Origin: Ptychomitrium polyphyllum
Taxonomy: Eukaryota
Length of the DNA stretch: 64,000 nucleotides
Assembly: GCA_973851085.1 (NCBI GenBank)
Contig: OZ316776.1
Span: 7,564,001 to 7,628,000, forward strand
Direction: 5' to 3'
In this document: positions 38,501-48,152 of the stretch, piece after piece
Position numbering within the stretch: the stretch's first letter is position 1
Layout: each line of letters begins with the position of its first letter
The notes under the pieces: generated by a model
What the model saw: the letters and a program-made list of their open reading frames with translations, nothing else
What the model was told of the DNA's origin: nothing
The model's database searches: none
Translations under genes and position numbers: made by a program

Positions 38501-40170
38501 GGCAATTCGAGAACAACACTTCTTTGTTGCTGCTCTCCAAGCATCTTACAAGCTTCTGAGACGTTATCGACGCTTCGCTTTGGAACCAGGTATGCTCATT
38601 AACAATTCACGAGCTGAAAAGAACAAGCTGAAGCTTGTAACCCAACGCTACTATGTCCTGAGCTTCTCTGAGAACCAAAGCAAGTTCCAGATGCAGGTTA
38701 TCCTTCTGATTGCTTGGAGTAGTGAACATTCCACCCACGAACAGTCTTGATTCTCGAAGAAAAGATATTGACAAATGATGCTTTCATGTCTCTGGCTACA
38801 TTTCACCCTGCAGGGCAAAGCAGATTAAAATCAAACCCAAAGTCAATTATGAAAGAGGGCGCCACGAACTTGAATCTCTGTTGCAGAAATCACAGCAAGA
38901 ATGCGAACAATTGCGGGCACAACTTCTTATGTCCAATGCACGATTACGTTCCTTGAACCAAGGTTCTGTGTACACATATCACAATTTATCCCAATTTCTC
39001 CGACTCGTTGCCAGACAAGTACATTGGACAATCCGCACCGTACTGTAATTTACACAAATTCGACTGCACAGCACTGGAATTGACTCACAGTGCTTCACAA
39101 TATTGAACAGGGATGTATTTTGACGCCGAGGCCAATTCACATCATGACAGTCACCTCAACCTTTACCAGAAGGTACAAACATCCCATTTCGGAACAAAAG
39201 AATGAGCTCGAAACCATCTGGCAATTAGTGCAAACTTTATTTCACTCAAATTTGGATGTTCATGGCCCATGTACAGTTGATACACAACTTTCCATCGCCG
39301 CTTCCTCAATCGTCAGACGGTATGATTGAATTACTCAAGGAGATCTTTATTGAAGAAGGTCTTCTCAATGAAACCAGCCTTGACAAGTCACAATCTGATG
39401 AGGAAACAAGTCGCAAGTGTGATGAGGGGAGGAATTCGGAAGATCGAATTTATTTTGATGAAGAAAAGCTGTTATTGTCTGCTGAAGATGATACAGTTAA
39501 GACAATCAGAGTCCTACAAGGCTCTCTGGAAAAGCTCATGGATGAGAATGATAAGGTCAATCCTGAACCACATGTCAATTGCACTTCATACAATCGTTTA
39601 ATTGCATTCCGAAATGGTAAAGATACATGATAACTTTAAATAACAGTAGTTCGACTTACATTTCTTCGGACGTGCAATGACGTTTTTATCATTTAATGCA
39701 ATAGCTGAGGCACTGCTAAATGATCATACAGCTTGGGAAAGAGATCTCGAGCCTGGAAATGGAGCTTTTCGCCTGCGTGCATCTCCTTCACGATCGATGG
39801 AAATTCGGTGACCGTAGCAGACCAATATCAGGTAATAATAATACTGGCTAGCTTACTGGTAGTCGTTATCGAATTTCAATATAAGCATCTTCGCAGGAGC
39901 ATTGACTAGACCCTGTATAGTTTACGACCTTCACAAGTAGCTGATCTTGCAACTCGTCTTACAGCAACAGCTGTTTATCCGAAATGGTTCCATCTCACCA
40001 AGCAAACAGTCGTCTCTTCTGTCCGTGGTGGAATCCATGCCTATCCGAAATCGACCACCCCTTGCCTGCTCAACATCCTCAATGTGACCGACACTGCAAG
40101 CAGCAGCTCCTTCTGGAAATCTTCCTTCATCCAGGTTAAGCACGCCTTTGATCGAATGCGAAGAGGGTAA
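35598..40170 (+). CDS. KIN1: Kinesin-1 family motor (plant KIN1/PSS1-like)
   Basis: Starts [14 protein letters not shown]. Motor exons: 35598-35708, 36088-36193, 36381-36424, 36647-36676, 36880-37002, 37119-37144, 37250-37331, 37426-37467, 37606-37639, 37821-37896, 38014-38162, 38293-38354, 38498-38589. Tail exons: 38814-38962, ~39111-39172, ~39277-39555, ~39732-39831, ~39898-40170. Motifs [24 protein letters not shown] and [21 protein letters not shown] are present. The tail exons are less certain. Confidence 0.92.
37640..37820 (+). other. U12-type (minor spliceosome) GT-AG intron in the kinesin gene
   Basis: 5' splice site GTATCCTTT, branch-like TTCCCTGAC about 12 nt before the AG, and no polypyrimidine tract. 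Splicing restores [16 protein letters not shown]. Confidence 0.85.
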
Positions 40171-40921
40171 TCCAGGTTGAGCATTATTCATTACTTGGTA
40201 GCACAGGAAGGCGAATATCAAATCTCCCCGTATCAAATACCTAATTTGAGCCACAATTTTAGTCCTCGATCCAAGAGAACTAAATTTTTAGTCCTCGATT
40301 ACGAATCAGATCTCTAGACGGACTCTGATATCAGAAACACAAAAGACTCGGTTCATGCAACGTAATGTACACATCCTGGCACCATCACATTTGAACGAAT
40401 TCGAGAAAATTGTTTCTTCCAAGTCTTCTACCCAAAGTTGTGTGCATACATTGAAAGTGACAGGATGGGATGCTTAAGTCAATACAAATAATCTACTTGA
40501 TAACATAAAAAAATGCAAATGCTATGACACATTCAGATGAAGCACAAACCACCTTCTCAGTAGAACGAGACTGGGCAGTCGGATCAACATGAGCTGTTGC
40601 TCCATAATACGTCGAGTGTCATTTGTTACGTTCTTCAACATTGTCAATGAGCAGAGTATTTGCACTCGTACGGTGGATCCTATCCTGTGATGGTCTTATA
40701 GTGTTACAAAATTGGGCTACTCCAAACCTCCTACAAAATCGGCTTCATTCTCCTTTAAAAGTGGTACTATTTCATGATTTACAATCGCTATCCATCGTTT
40801 TGATATTCAAAACCTCTTCGATATGGTCATCTGCAACTCAAGAGTGTTCTACAACTCTCTGTACGACGTATGCCTCAGAAAGATATCGAACGTGGTAGTT
40901 ATACTAGTAGTAAGACTGCAC

Positions 40922-42949
40922 CTAATCTACAAGTTTCAGCTCCTGGAAGCGAGGCCCAGCAATGGCCTGGTCCATCACGATCTTGGGGTTTACGATACCA
41001 TCATTCTGCAAGAAAAGCTTTAGCAAATTCTTGGAGAAGCCAGACACCATAGCCACGCCACTCTGATCATGCAACACAGGCGTACTGGCAGAGTCCCGAA
41101 GATTCCAAAAGACGATCTCGGGAGGGAGGCCATATCCAGCATCGCTGAACTTCTTACAGATCACCACGTAGTCTGTGTCACGCCAGTCATTGGTTTGACG
41201 CGAGGTCCAGTAACCATCTCCTCGAGCCTGGTCAAACTCCATGTCAGTGAACACAAATAACCGCTTGATCATCCTCTCCTTCGATAATCTGTTGCGCACA
41301 GCTAAGGCCAGGATCTCGTCAAATATTGCCTGGAAATTGGTGTTCATTTCCCAGTCCATCCTCTGAATAGAATTATACCTCTCCGCAAGAGATGTCCCCA
41401 CCACTCGATGAATGTGAGGAGTGTTGCTGAAAGTAATTACACTCCCCTTCCAGGGCTCCTCGCAAAGCTCAGAGGTCAGCATCCCAAGTGCAATACACAC
41501 TTCCAACGGCTCTCCACTCATGCTCCCCGAGACATCGCACACAGCAAGGCAGTTGGACAATTTTCCGCTGACTGCCAGATCCTCCACCATGCGCTTCCAC
41601 TGCAACTCTGCTACATTTGGAGCCTTGCCGACTTGTTCGATTGCATCACGCAGGACTTCGTGAGGCAGCAAGGCTCCTGCAGCAATCTTCTTCTCCCCAG
41701 CCTCAACATCCTCCACAAACTGCTTGAAACGTACTCCATCGTGCTTCTCAAAAATGTCCTTGTACATCTTCATTGCAACAGACGGCACTCGGTTATAGGG
41801 CAGCTCCTCCCACTGTCTGGCACTCATGTAAACTTCAGGCAAATCAAGCTTCAGCCTCAAAGGTGCCAAAATCTCCTTCCTGTAGCGCTCCCGAACGCGG
41901 TAGACATATTGGTCCACGTCCAGATGTGCATACTCAGGGTGAGCTTCCTTAGGAAAGACACGTCGAGCGATGGCCTCGCACAGCAGGGTGCGTTGGTCAT
42001 AGAAGAGATCCAGTGATGGCGCCCACTTGGCTGCCAAGCTTATGTCATATACCTTGCCTTCCTTCAAAGCTTGCGTGTCTTTCATCAATTGGTCTGCAAA
42101 TACTTGTGCCACAGCCGAGTGGACGGCCTGGTACTTGGGATCCCTGATGTAAGTCTCCACAGCCCGTCTCGCAAGCTGTAATCTCTTCTCCTTCCGCAAT
42201 ACGCGAGCTTCTTCTTTGGCAAGCTGATCCTTGGCATCGCTCTCTGCAATACGCTCCTCGCGTGGCCTTAAAATACTGGCCTCCTCTGCCGCTCGAGCAG
42301 CAGCGCCTTTCCGTTCCCAGTAGCCACGTTTCGCAGGCAGAATGCGTTCACCACCGCGTATTAAGATATATCGGCCTTTCTTAGCTTTTGTCATAGCCTT
42401 TGCGAGCTTCACCTTCTCGTCATGCTCCGTCTTCTCCAGTAACCGCTTCCCAGTCGCCTCAGGGCCCTCAACTAAGCGCAGCACAATCTCTAGCAAATCC
42501 TTGTAATATCCAAAGGTAGCAATAAGGCGCGCGTTAGCATTTAGCGTGCCATAGTGGGATTTATACAACCACAAAGCGGCCGTGTAAAAATTCTTCTTAT
42601 CCGACTTCCCGGTGCCTCTGACTCCTCGCAGATTGAAAATCAGCTTCAATGTCGTGAGCGGATCCTCTTTCCAGGCCTCTTCGAGAAGATCTTCTACTTT
42701 CTTTGGTTCAGTGCTAGGGACGACTTGGAAGAAAAAATCGAGACACTTGTTCCCTGAACTTAGAAACGTTACTGAGGCATTCTCCGTAAGACCAAGGGGC
42801 GGAAGGCCTTCTCTCGTCATGCTCTTGTGGAGAATATCCAAAAGAGGGTCGCTCATTGCCGACATCTGCTCCAGAGGACTCGCAACGGCAGACTTCCTAA
42901 GCTCGGGCGGTCCAACAAGATCCGTGAAAGCGGAAACTGTACCCGCCAT
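40922..42949 (-). CDS. DUF2828 / UCP015417 family protein with C-terminal vWA domain (AT5G13210-like); intronless CDS, about 675 aa
   Basis: Long ORF with GPPELR, TENAS.TF.SSGN.CLDFFF, LKLIFNLRGVRGTGKSD, SLAAKWAPS, Y.RVPSVAM, MIDAS-like DVSGSM, FTDMEFD and IVFWNLR. The true start is probably ATG 42949, because the TTG start at 43093 falls in a predicted leader intron (43409-43068: AG|GTATGT donor, TACTAAT branch, AACAG acceptor). Confidence 0.9.
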   Translation of the reverse strand: MAGTVSAFTDLVGPPELRKSAVASPLEQMSAMSDPLLDILHKSMTREGLPPLGLTENASVTFLSSGNKCLDFFFQVVPSTEPKKVEDLLEEAWKEDPLTTLKLIFNLRGVRGTGKSDKKNFYTAALWLYKSHYGTLNANARLIATFGYYKDLLEIVLRLVEGPEATGKRLLEKTEHDEKVKLAKAMTKAKKGRYILIRGGERILPAKRGYWERKGAAARAAEEASILRPREERIAESDAKDQLAKEEARVLRKEKRLQLARRAVETYIRDPKYQAVHSAVAQVFADQLMKDTQALKEGKVYDISLAAKWAPSLDLFYDQRTLLCEAIARRVFPKEAHPEYAHLDVDQYVYRVRERYRKEILAPLRLKLDLPEVYMSARQWEELPYNRVPSVAMKMYKDIFEKHDGVRFKQFVEDVEAGEKKIAAGALLPHEVLRDAIEQVGKAPNVAELQWKRMVEDLAVSGKLSNCLAVCDVSGSMSGEPLEVCIALGMLTSELCEEPWKGSVITFSNTPHIHRVVGTSLAERYNSIQRMDWEMNTNFQAIFDEILALAVRNRLSKERMIKRLFVFTDMEFDQARGDGYWTSRQTNDWRDTDYVVICKKFSDAGYGLPPEIVFWNLRDSASTPVLHDQSGVAMVSGFSKNLLKLFLQNDGIVNPKIVMDQAIAGPRFQELKLVD

Positions 42950-42958
42950 GCCGAATGG

Positions 42959-43067
42959 CCTCTTCTGCGGCTGCGGAACCCTTAGATTCCCACAGGGTGA
43001 CGAGGCAACACAGAAGCACAGAAGCAGCACAGTTGCACGGGCAGCCGACTCCACAGCCTCGAAGAAA
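42959..43067 (-). promoter_or_regulatory. Candidate structured 5' UTR RNA element immediately upstream of the DUF2828 start codon
   Basis: GGCUGUGGAGUC (43058-43047) pairs with GGUUCCGCAGCC (42980-42969), and UUUCUUC (43067-43061) pairs with GAAGAGG (42965-42959). All non-Watson-Crick pairs are G-U on the sense strand. Confidence 0.4.
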
Positions 43068-45063
43068 CTGTTCCACGGAAGATATGTACTCAATTAGTAT
43101 ACGCTCAATGAGGCCGAAAAAAATGCACCTCCAGGACAAACTCTCACGACTTTAAGAAACCAAGAAAACACAGGAGGCTCCAACTCGAATCCCTCAATTC
43201 TTCATTAACATTGTCGAAAGCAATACGAGAACTCAAGCGCCGTCACCGCCAACCCTACCGACACAGAACCACGCCCTCCACGCACCGACACAACGGAAAG
43301 CTAAAGCGCTTTCATCAAGCAATGCAGAACCTACGCCCGAAAAATCAAGAATCTACCGCTTAGGCGTAATCCTCCCACAACCACAAAACCATGTATAACT
43401 TCAACATACCTGTAAGAAGCACGCGCAACCAGATCAAGATCAGACACCAACCCCCGTGCGAAAATCACGCCTTGCTACTCTCACGAGCCAACGTCCGTCG
43501 GCTACTAGAAGTGAGTGCTCCCCGCGCGCGCTCAGCAGGCAGCTGCTCGCTCGAGATCCAAAGTGCAAATACATGAAGTAGCGTATCGCAAAGATACTCA
43601 CAGCAACGATAGCTGACGAACCTGCCGATGGTTCACGCTTATACAGATCCTCGGCTGCTCCTTCGATCAGCAAGAAACAGAATCCGTCGCCTCCAAGCAA
43701 GGACTGACGACCACCAATACCCGTTCTCCCTTGAGCCTTACGAAACGGCGGCCCAAGTTCCAAGGTGACAGATAAAAGGTTGCCGAGAGATTTATTTCCA
43801 GTCCACCTGGCCATCCGAGCTGGCATTCTTCCTTTCAACGTGAGTTGTGACAGGAGGGATGACCTACTAGTTTTGCTTTTTTGCATTCTAGGGACATTCA
43901 AACATCCTGTTTGAAGTCGAACTATATGGCCAATTAATATGTTCTTTATTCTTAATTAATGGTTCGTTTTGGTGAATTCTGTATCTCATAGGTTTCAAAT
44001 GAATTACTAGAAGCATTTAGGAAAATTGACATGTTGTATATAGAGAGGAAAATAAAATGGTTTCCAACGTTAATGCTGAAATTTAATAAAAAGTAGCCAT
44101 TGCAAAGCTAATAATTGTTAAAAATTACATCTAAGGTCAAACATATTAATGTAAAATTAACAATAATGAATGATACAATAGAATATGATAACATTGAAAA
44201 TATTTAGTTAGGAGAGGATATAGACAAAGGCTCTCTATCCAACCAAGTTTTAAATGAAAGACGTTGTATTAACTAAAGTCTTTTATTTTTATTTTTTAGA
44301 AATCATATTAAATTATCATTAAGAAGCTAATCAAAATCAAAATCAAAAATTGCATCATAAATTCATAAAGGAAGTATGCCCAAAAGTGTCACCTTATTCA
44401 AGTCAACATCATCTTTTCAATTCCTAACTCTAAGCTTTCAAAATCCTATGCTTCTTGTAAATAATGTTGATTCTTGGTATAATGCCAGTTCTTGCAGTAT
44501 TGATTTTGGTAGAATAAGCCTTGTCAAAACACAAGTAAAACTTACTAATTTTAATTCTTTACATTTTAAAACTAAAACATATTTTTTTACTTATTTTATA
44601 TCGAAATAGAAGCAATATGCCTAGATTTAATGAACACACAACATTTAAGGTTTATTTCTCACTAATCTTCATAGCTTCTTATCGTTATGACTCATACATG
44701 ATTCTCAGAACTACAGCCAACTTATTAATTAAGGTCATAGAAACTGTTTCTTTTCTTTCACAAGTGTTTGAAGCTGGCACATCGTTATCCTAGTGTATTG
44801 GCAGTCAGGTTCTTTGTTGCTATGCCACAACACGACGTAAGCGAAGTAATATGTGATGAGTTTCTTGATTAAGTAAACACTCGTTCTACTGAGGCCTTGA
44901 AGACCTCTGACACGATTTATGTTTACTTATTTAGTACAGTGACAATTGATGCTTTGCCAGGATCGTCTTGTTGGCCACTTAGTAGTAAGAGTTAGCGGGG
45001 TAATCAGAATCTTAGAATCTTTTGTTGGCCTCCAATAGAATTGGTCAAACGCTATGAGCACGT

Positions 45064-46748
45064 TCATAAGGTCATAGGATCTTGTCCCTCGTGCCTTCTC
45101 ATTATGTCATAGAACTCTTCTTGAGTGACTGCACACATTCAGCAATGCAACGGGGGAACGGCCAAGATTATTAACTGGTTGACTCTAAAGTTTTCGGTCC
45201 ACCACTTCACTCAAGTTTGAGAACAACGCTGACTATAACCAAGAAGTCGGTTCTTTTTATATCAAGGGAATTCCAGCAAGTTAACTTTGTGTAACTAAGT
45301 CTGCCCCTGTAAAATAGCTCGGGTGTGAAAAGCACATTTCCAAGTTAACTTGGTTTTGATTTTGTTAACAAGATTTGACTATGTGCAGATATCAGGGATA
45401 TATGTGAATTGTGCTTCGACAGAGTGCGAAGAGCTCACCTTCACCATCCCCGTCCGCGTCAACTGCATGCACAAGACAAAAGCAAAGATGCTCAGTAGCT
45501 TACATACCTAGGATATAATTGGACAACGCAGGTCTCGGAGACAGGAGACCATCGAACTTGTAATAGAAGAAAATTAGCCACAGTCACAAGATAACTTGAC
45601 TTACATTCGTTGATCATGGCCTCGAGCTGCTCATCAGTGAAATCCTCACCGAGGTCCCTCGCCACTTTCCTGATGTTCTTTATCTGCTCATGCTTCACAC
45701 TCGACATTTCATTCCACCAGGGAATGACAACGTTGCAGGGCTTTCTCTTCCTATAAGACAACCTTTTGTAAATCTATTTGAAAAGATCATAGAGAAGGTT
45801 TTTTTTATAGCAGCTGCTATTGTTTTCCGATTCTTCCTCTGCTTTCACTCTTAGAACAGTGGGGTGAACCATAATTGGAAGGCGCATACTTACCGATATT
45901 TTGCCCTTGCCTTCCTCATCATAGACCGCGAAAACTTTGCTCATGTTCATATCTGGACCCTTTTCTTTGTATTTCCTAATCACTTCATGACCACAAGAAA
46001 TTATTCGGAACAATTAGCAACAAAAGCCTTCCAATCAAGATGAGAAACTGCATCCCCTGTTTCGGAATTCAGGTGCAATAGATTACATTCTAAAGCTTCC
46101 CATCACGTAATTCAACTCATGGGCAGAATATGAACATGCACAACTAGGATATCCTTCAAAAGCTAGATACAATTAACCCTAAGAATCTCATGGCACTTAC
46201 TTATTTGCATAAATTCGTCTCGGTCAATCTCATTGTTGTCGTCCTTGGAATACTTTTGCATCAGCTGTCGAACCTCCGCCTTCTTAACATCGCATTCCAA
46301 CGCTCTCATCGCCACCTGCATTCCGTATCTGATTTCTGTGATAACTCATGTAAGGACATGATAAAAGAACATTTGTACTACAAACAACACAACAGAGTTC
46401 TGGAAGGATTGTAGTATGATTCACCTTCAGCTCCCTATAGCAAAGCCTGCCAACTCTCCGGGTGTCGAAAAGCTCAAACGACAGCCGGATCTCTTGCTTG
46501 TGGGCGTCACAGCTGTCGAAGATCTCGCTCTTCCGAAGATTCATCCGGGGACTTGCACTCACGTAAGACGGCATACTGTAGCCCCCAAGGTGTGAGCCTG
46601 TGGGCGTAGGCGGGGCAACTTGAGACATGTTCTTAGGCGACGAAGGTGATGAAACCGGATTCCACGAACTCCTTCTGCCGAGACTTTTAAGTGCTTGTTG
46701 TTCAAGGGGTTCCATGTACGGGGAGCTGCTCGTCATTTCCTCTATCAT
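45064..46748 (-). CDS. Divergent centrin/caltractin-like EF-hand protein, 6 exons
   Basis: Exons 46748-46425, 46315-46201, 45982-45894, 45683-45605, 45462-45439 and 45128-45064 give KQEIRLSFELFD..ELKVAMRALE..GKISIKNIRKVARDLGEDFTDEQLEAMINEFDADGDGEVTQEEFYDIMRR, which are centrin hallmarks. Confidence 0.88.
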
Positions 46749-48058
46749 TTTTCTTCCCCTTGCATGACAGCGTTTCAAGATCACAATGAAGGCCAAACCA
46801 ATGTTCAGGTTGTTATTGTAGGAGATCAGCATCAAACACATCTATAATAATCGCTGAAGTTTACAGCTATCGCGCAATGACGATGGCCATGCTTATTCTG
46901 TATGAGATGTGATTGACGGATGAGCAACTTATCGGTTAGAAGGTCAGTTTGAAAATTGTAACACTAGTATTAACCACTATTGGCAACAACATTGATTGCA
47001 GTAGTGTTGGAGGAGAATGGAGATGGATGCTACAATGAAGGAGAGAGTGGCAGTCAGCCAATCCATCGATGGCTGGATTCAATCCTTATGAGCTTGTGAC
47101 GCCTTGACAGTGAAGATATGATAATTCTTGCCTTCACCCATAGTGATTGAAAATTCCAGTGCACTAGAGTAATGTAAGGAAACAGAGTAGGATTAGCGCC
47201 ATTCTCGAGATCTGTGGAGATAGTCAAATGCTGCTGCTCAGTTACTGATTGAGCTCTACAACAGGTTGCCGCTTCATATGTATCCAGGGTTGCTGCAGCA
47301 TATCGATTCTAGTCATACAGTCACTTAGTAGGATCTGTGATTCTTCTATAGTTCTGCTTCCATGTAAAGAAACACATGGGAATAAGATCCGAAGCGATTT
47401 AAACTCTCTTTAAACTGAAAGATCTTGGTTTTGAGTACTTTCGAGAGGTTAAATTTGTCAACGAAAATCAACCGGCTTTTCGCATTCTCCTCTCCTCTAG
47501 AAGTCTTCCTCATACAACCTCCCACTTGCATTACTTTACTTGTGAATAAGTCGAGCAACTCGATGACTGCGGATGTAGACTCTCTTAACTAGCTCACTTT
47601 AGCACAGTGCCTACTATTCATCAAAATCCACCCTCCATGTCAAACTTCGCAAAATATTTCCAAGACTGAAAATAAATATTGTCATGACAATTCAATTCGT
47701 TCATACTACATTATCACTTCACGACAGTTTGGAAGATAAAAAGAGTATCCATTGAGGCTTAATTTGAGAATACGCCTGCGGCCTTCTCAAGAGCTTCCAC
47801 AAGCGTCATGAAGGAATATGCATGAGCTGCATGTAATGCTCTTCAAGAAAGGAGAAACAACGGCTTCAGGAGGTCATACCATGCTTCTTGGTTTCGCCTT
47901 TCGGTGCATCCTCGGATGCAGAGAACCACCGGGTATATCATTGTTAACTCAGGATATCAATCGACATTATTGACCCGGGATATCGACTCATGTTTTCATG
48001 ATATACAAGTTTATTACATTCTCAGTTTTAACTCTGTACCGTCCTAGACTGCGAAATA

Positions 48059-48152
48059 TGAGTGATATGCACAGAGTTGTGGTTGAGTGATATGCAGAGT
48101 TGTGGTTGACTGATATGCACAGAGTTGTGGTTGAGTGATATGCACAGAGTTG
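48059..48152. repeat. 25-bp minisatellite (tgagtgatatgcacagagttgtggt, about 4 copies)
   Basis: Directly visible; the second copy lacks 2 nt. Confidence 0.93.

Noticed and set aside
42950..43093. 48-aa hydrophobic N-terminal extension of the DUF2828 ORF in the ORF track
   Set aside because: It starts at a TTG inside a predicted leader intron, and homologues begin near the GPPELR motif.
41069..43155. Several plus-strand ORFs up to 202 aa overlapping the DUF2828 gene
   Set aside because: These are antisense shadows of a GC-rich CDS with no recognisable motifs.
45262..45284. Alternative centrin terminal exon reading VNLLEFP*
   Set aside because: It has a weak AAG acceptor and an immediate stop. 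Exon 45128-45064 has a better acceptor and completes the EF-hand helix.
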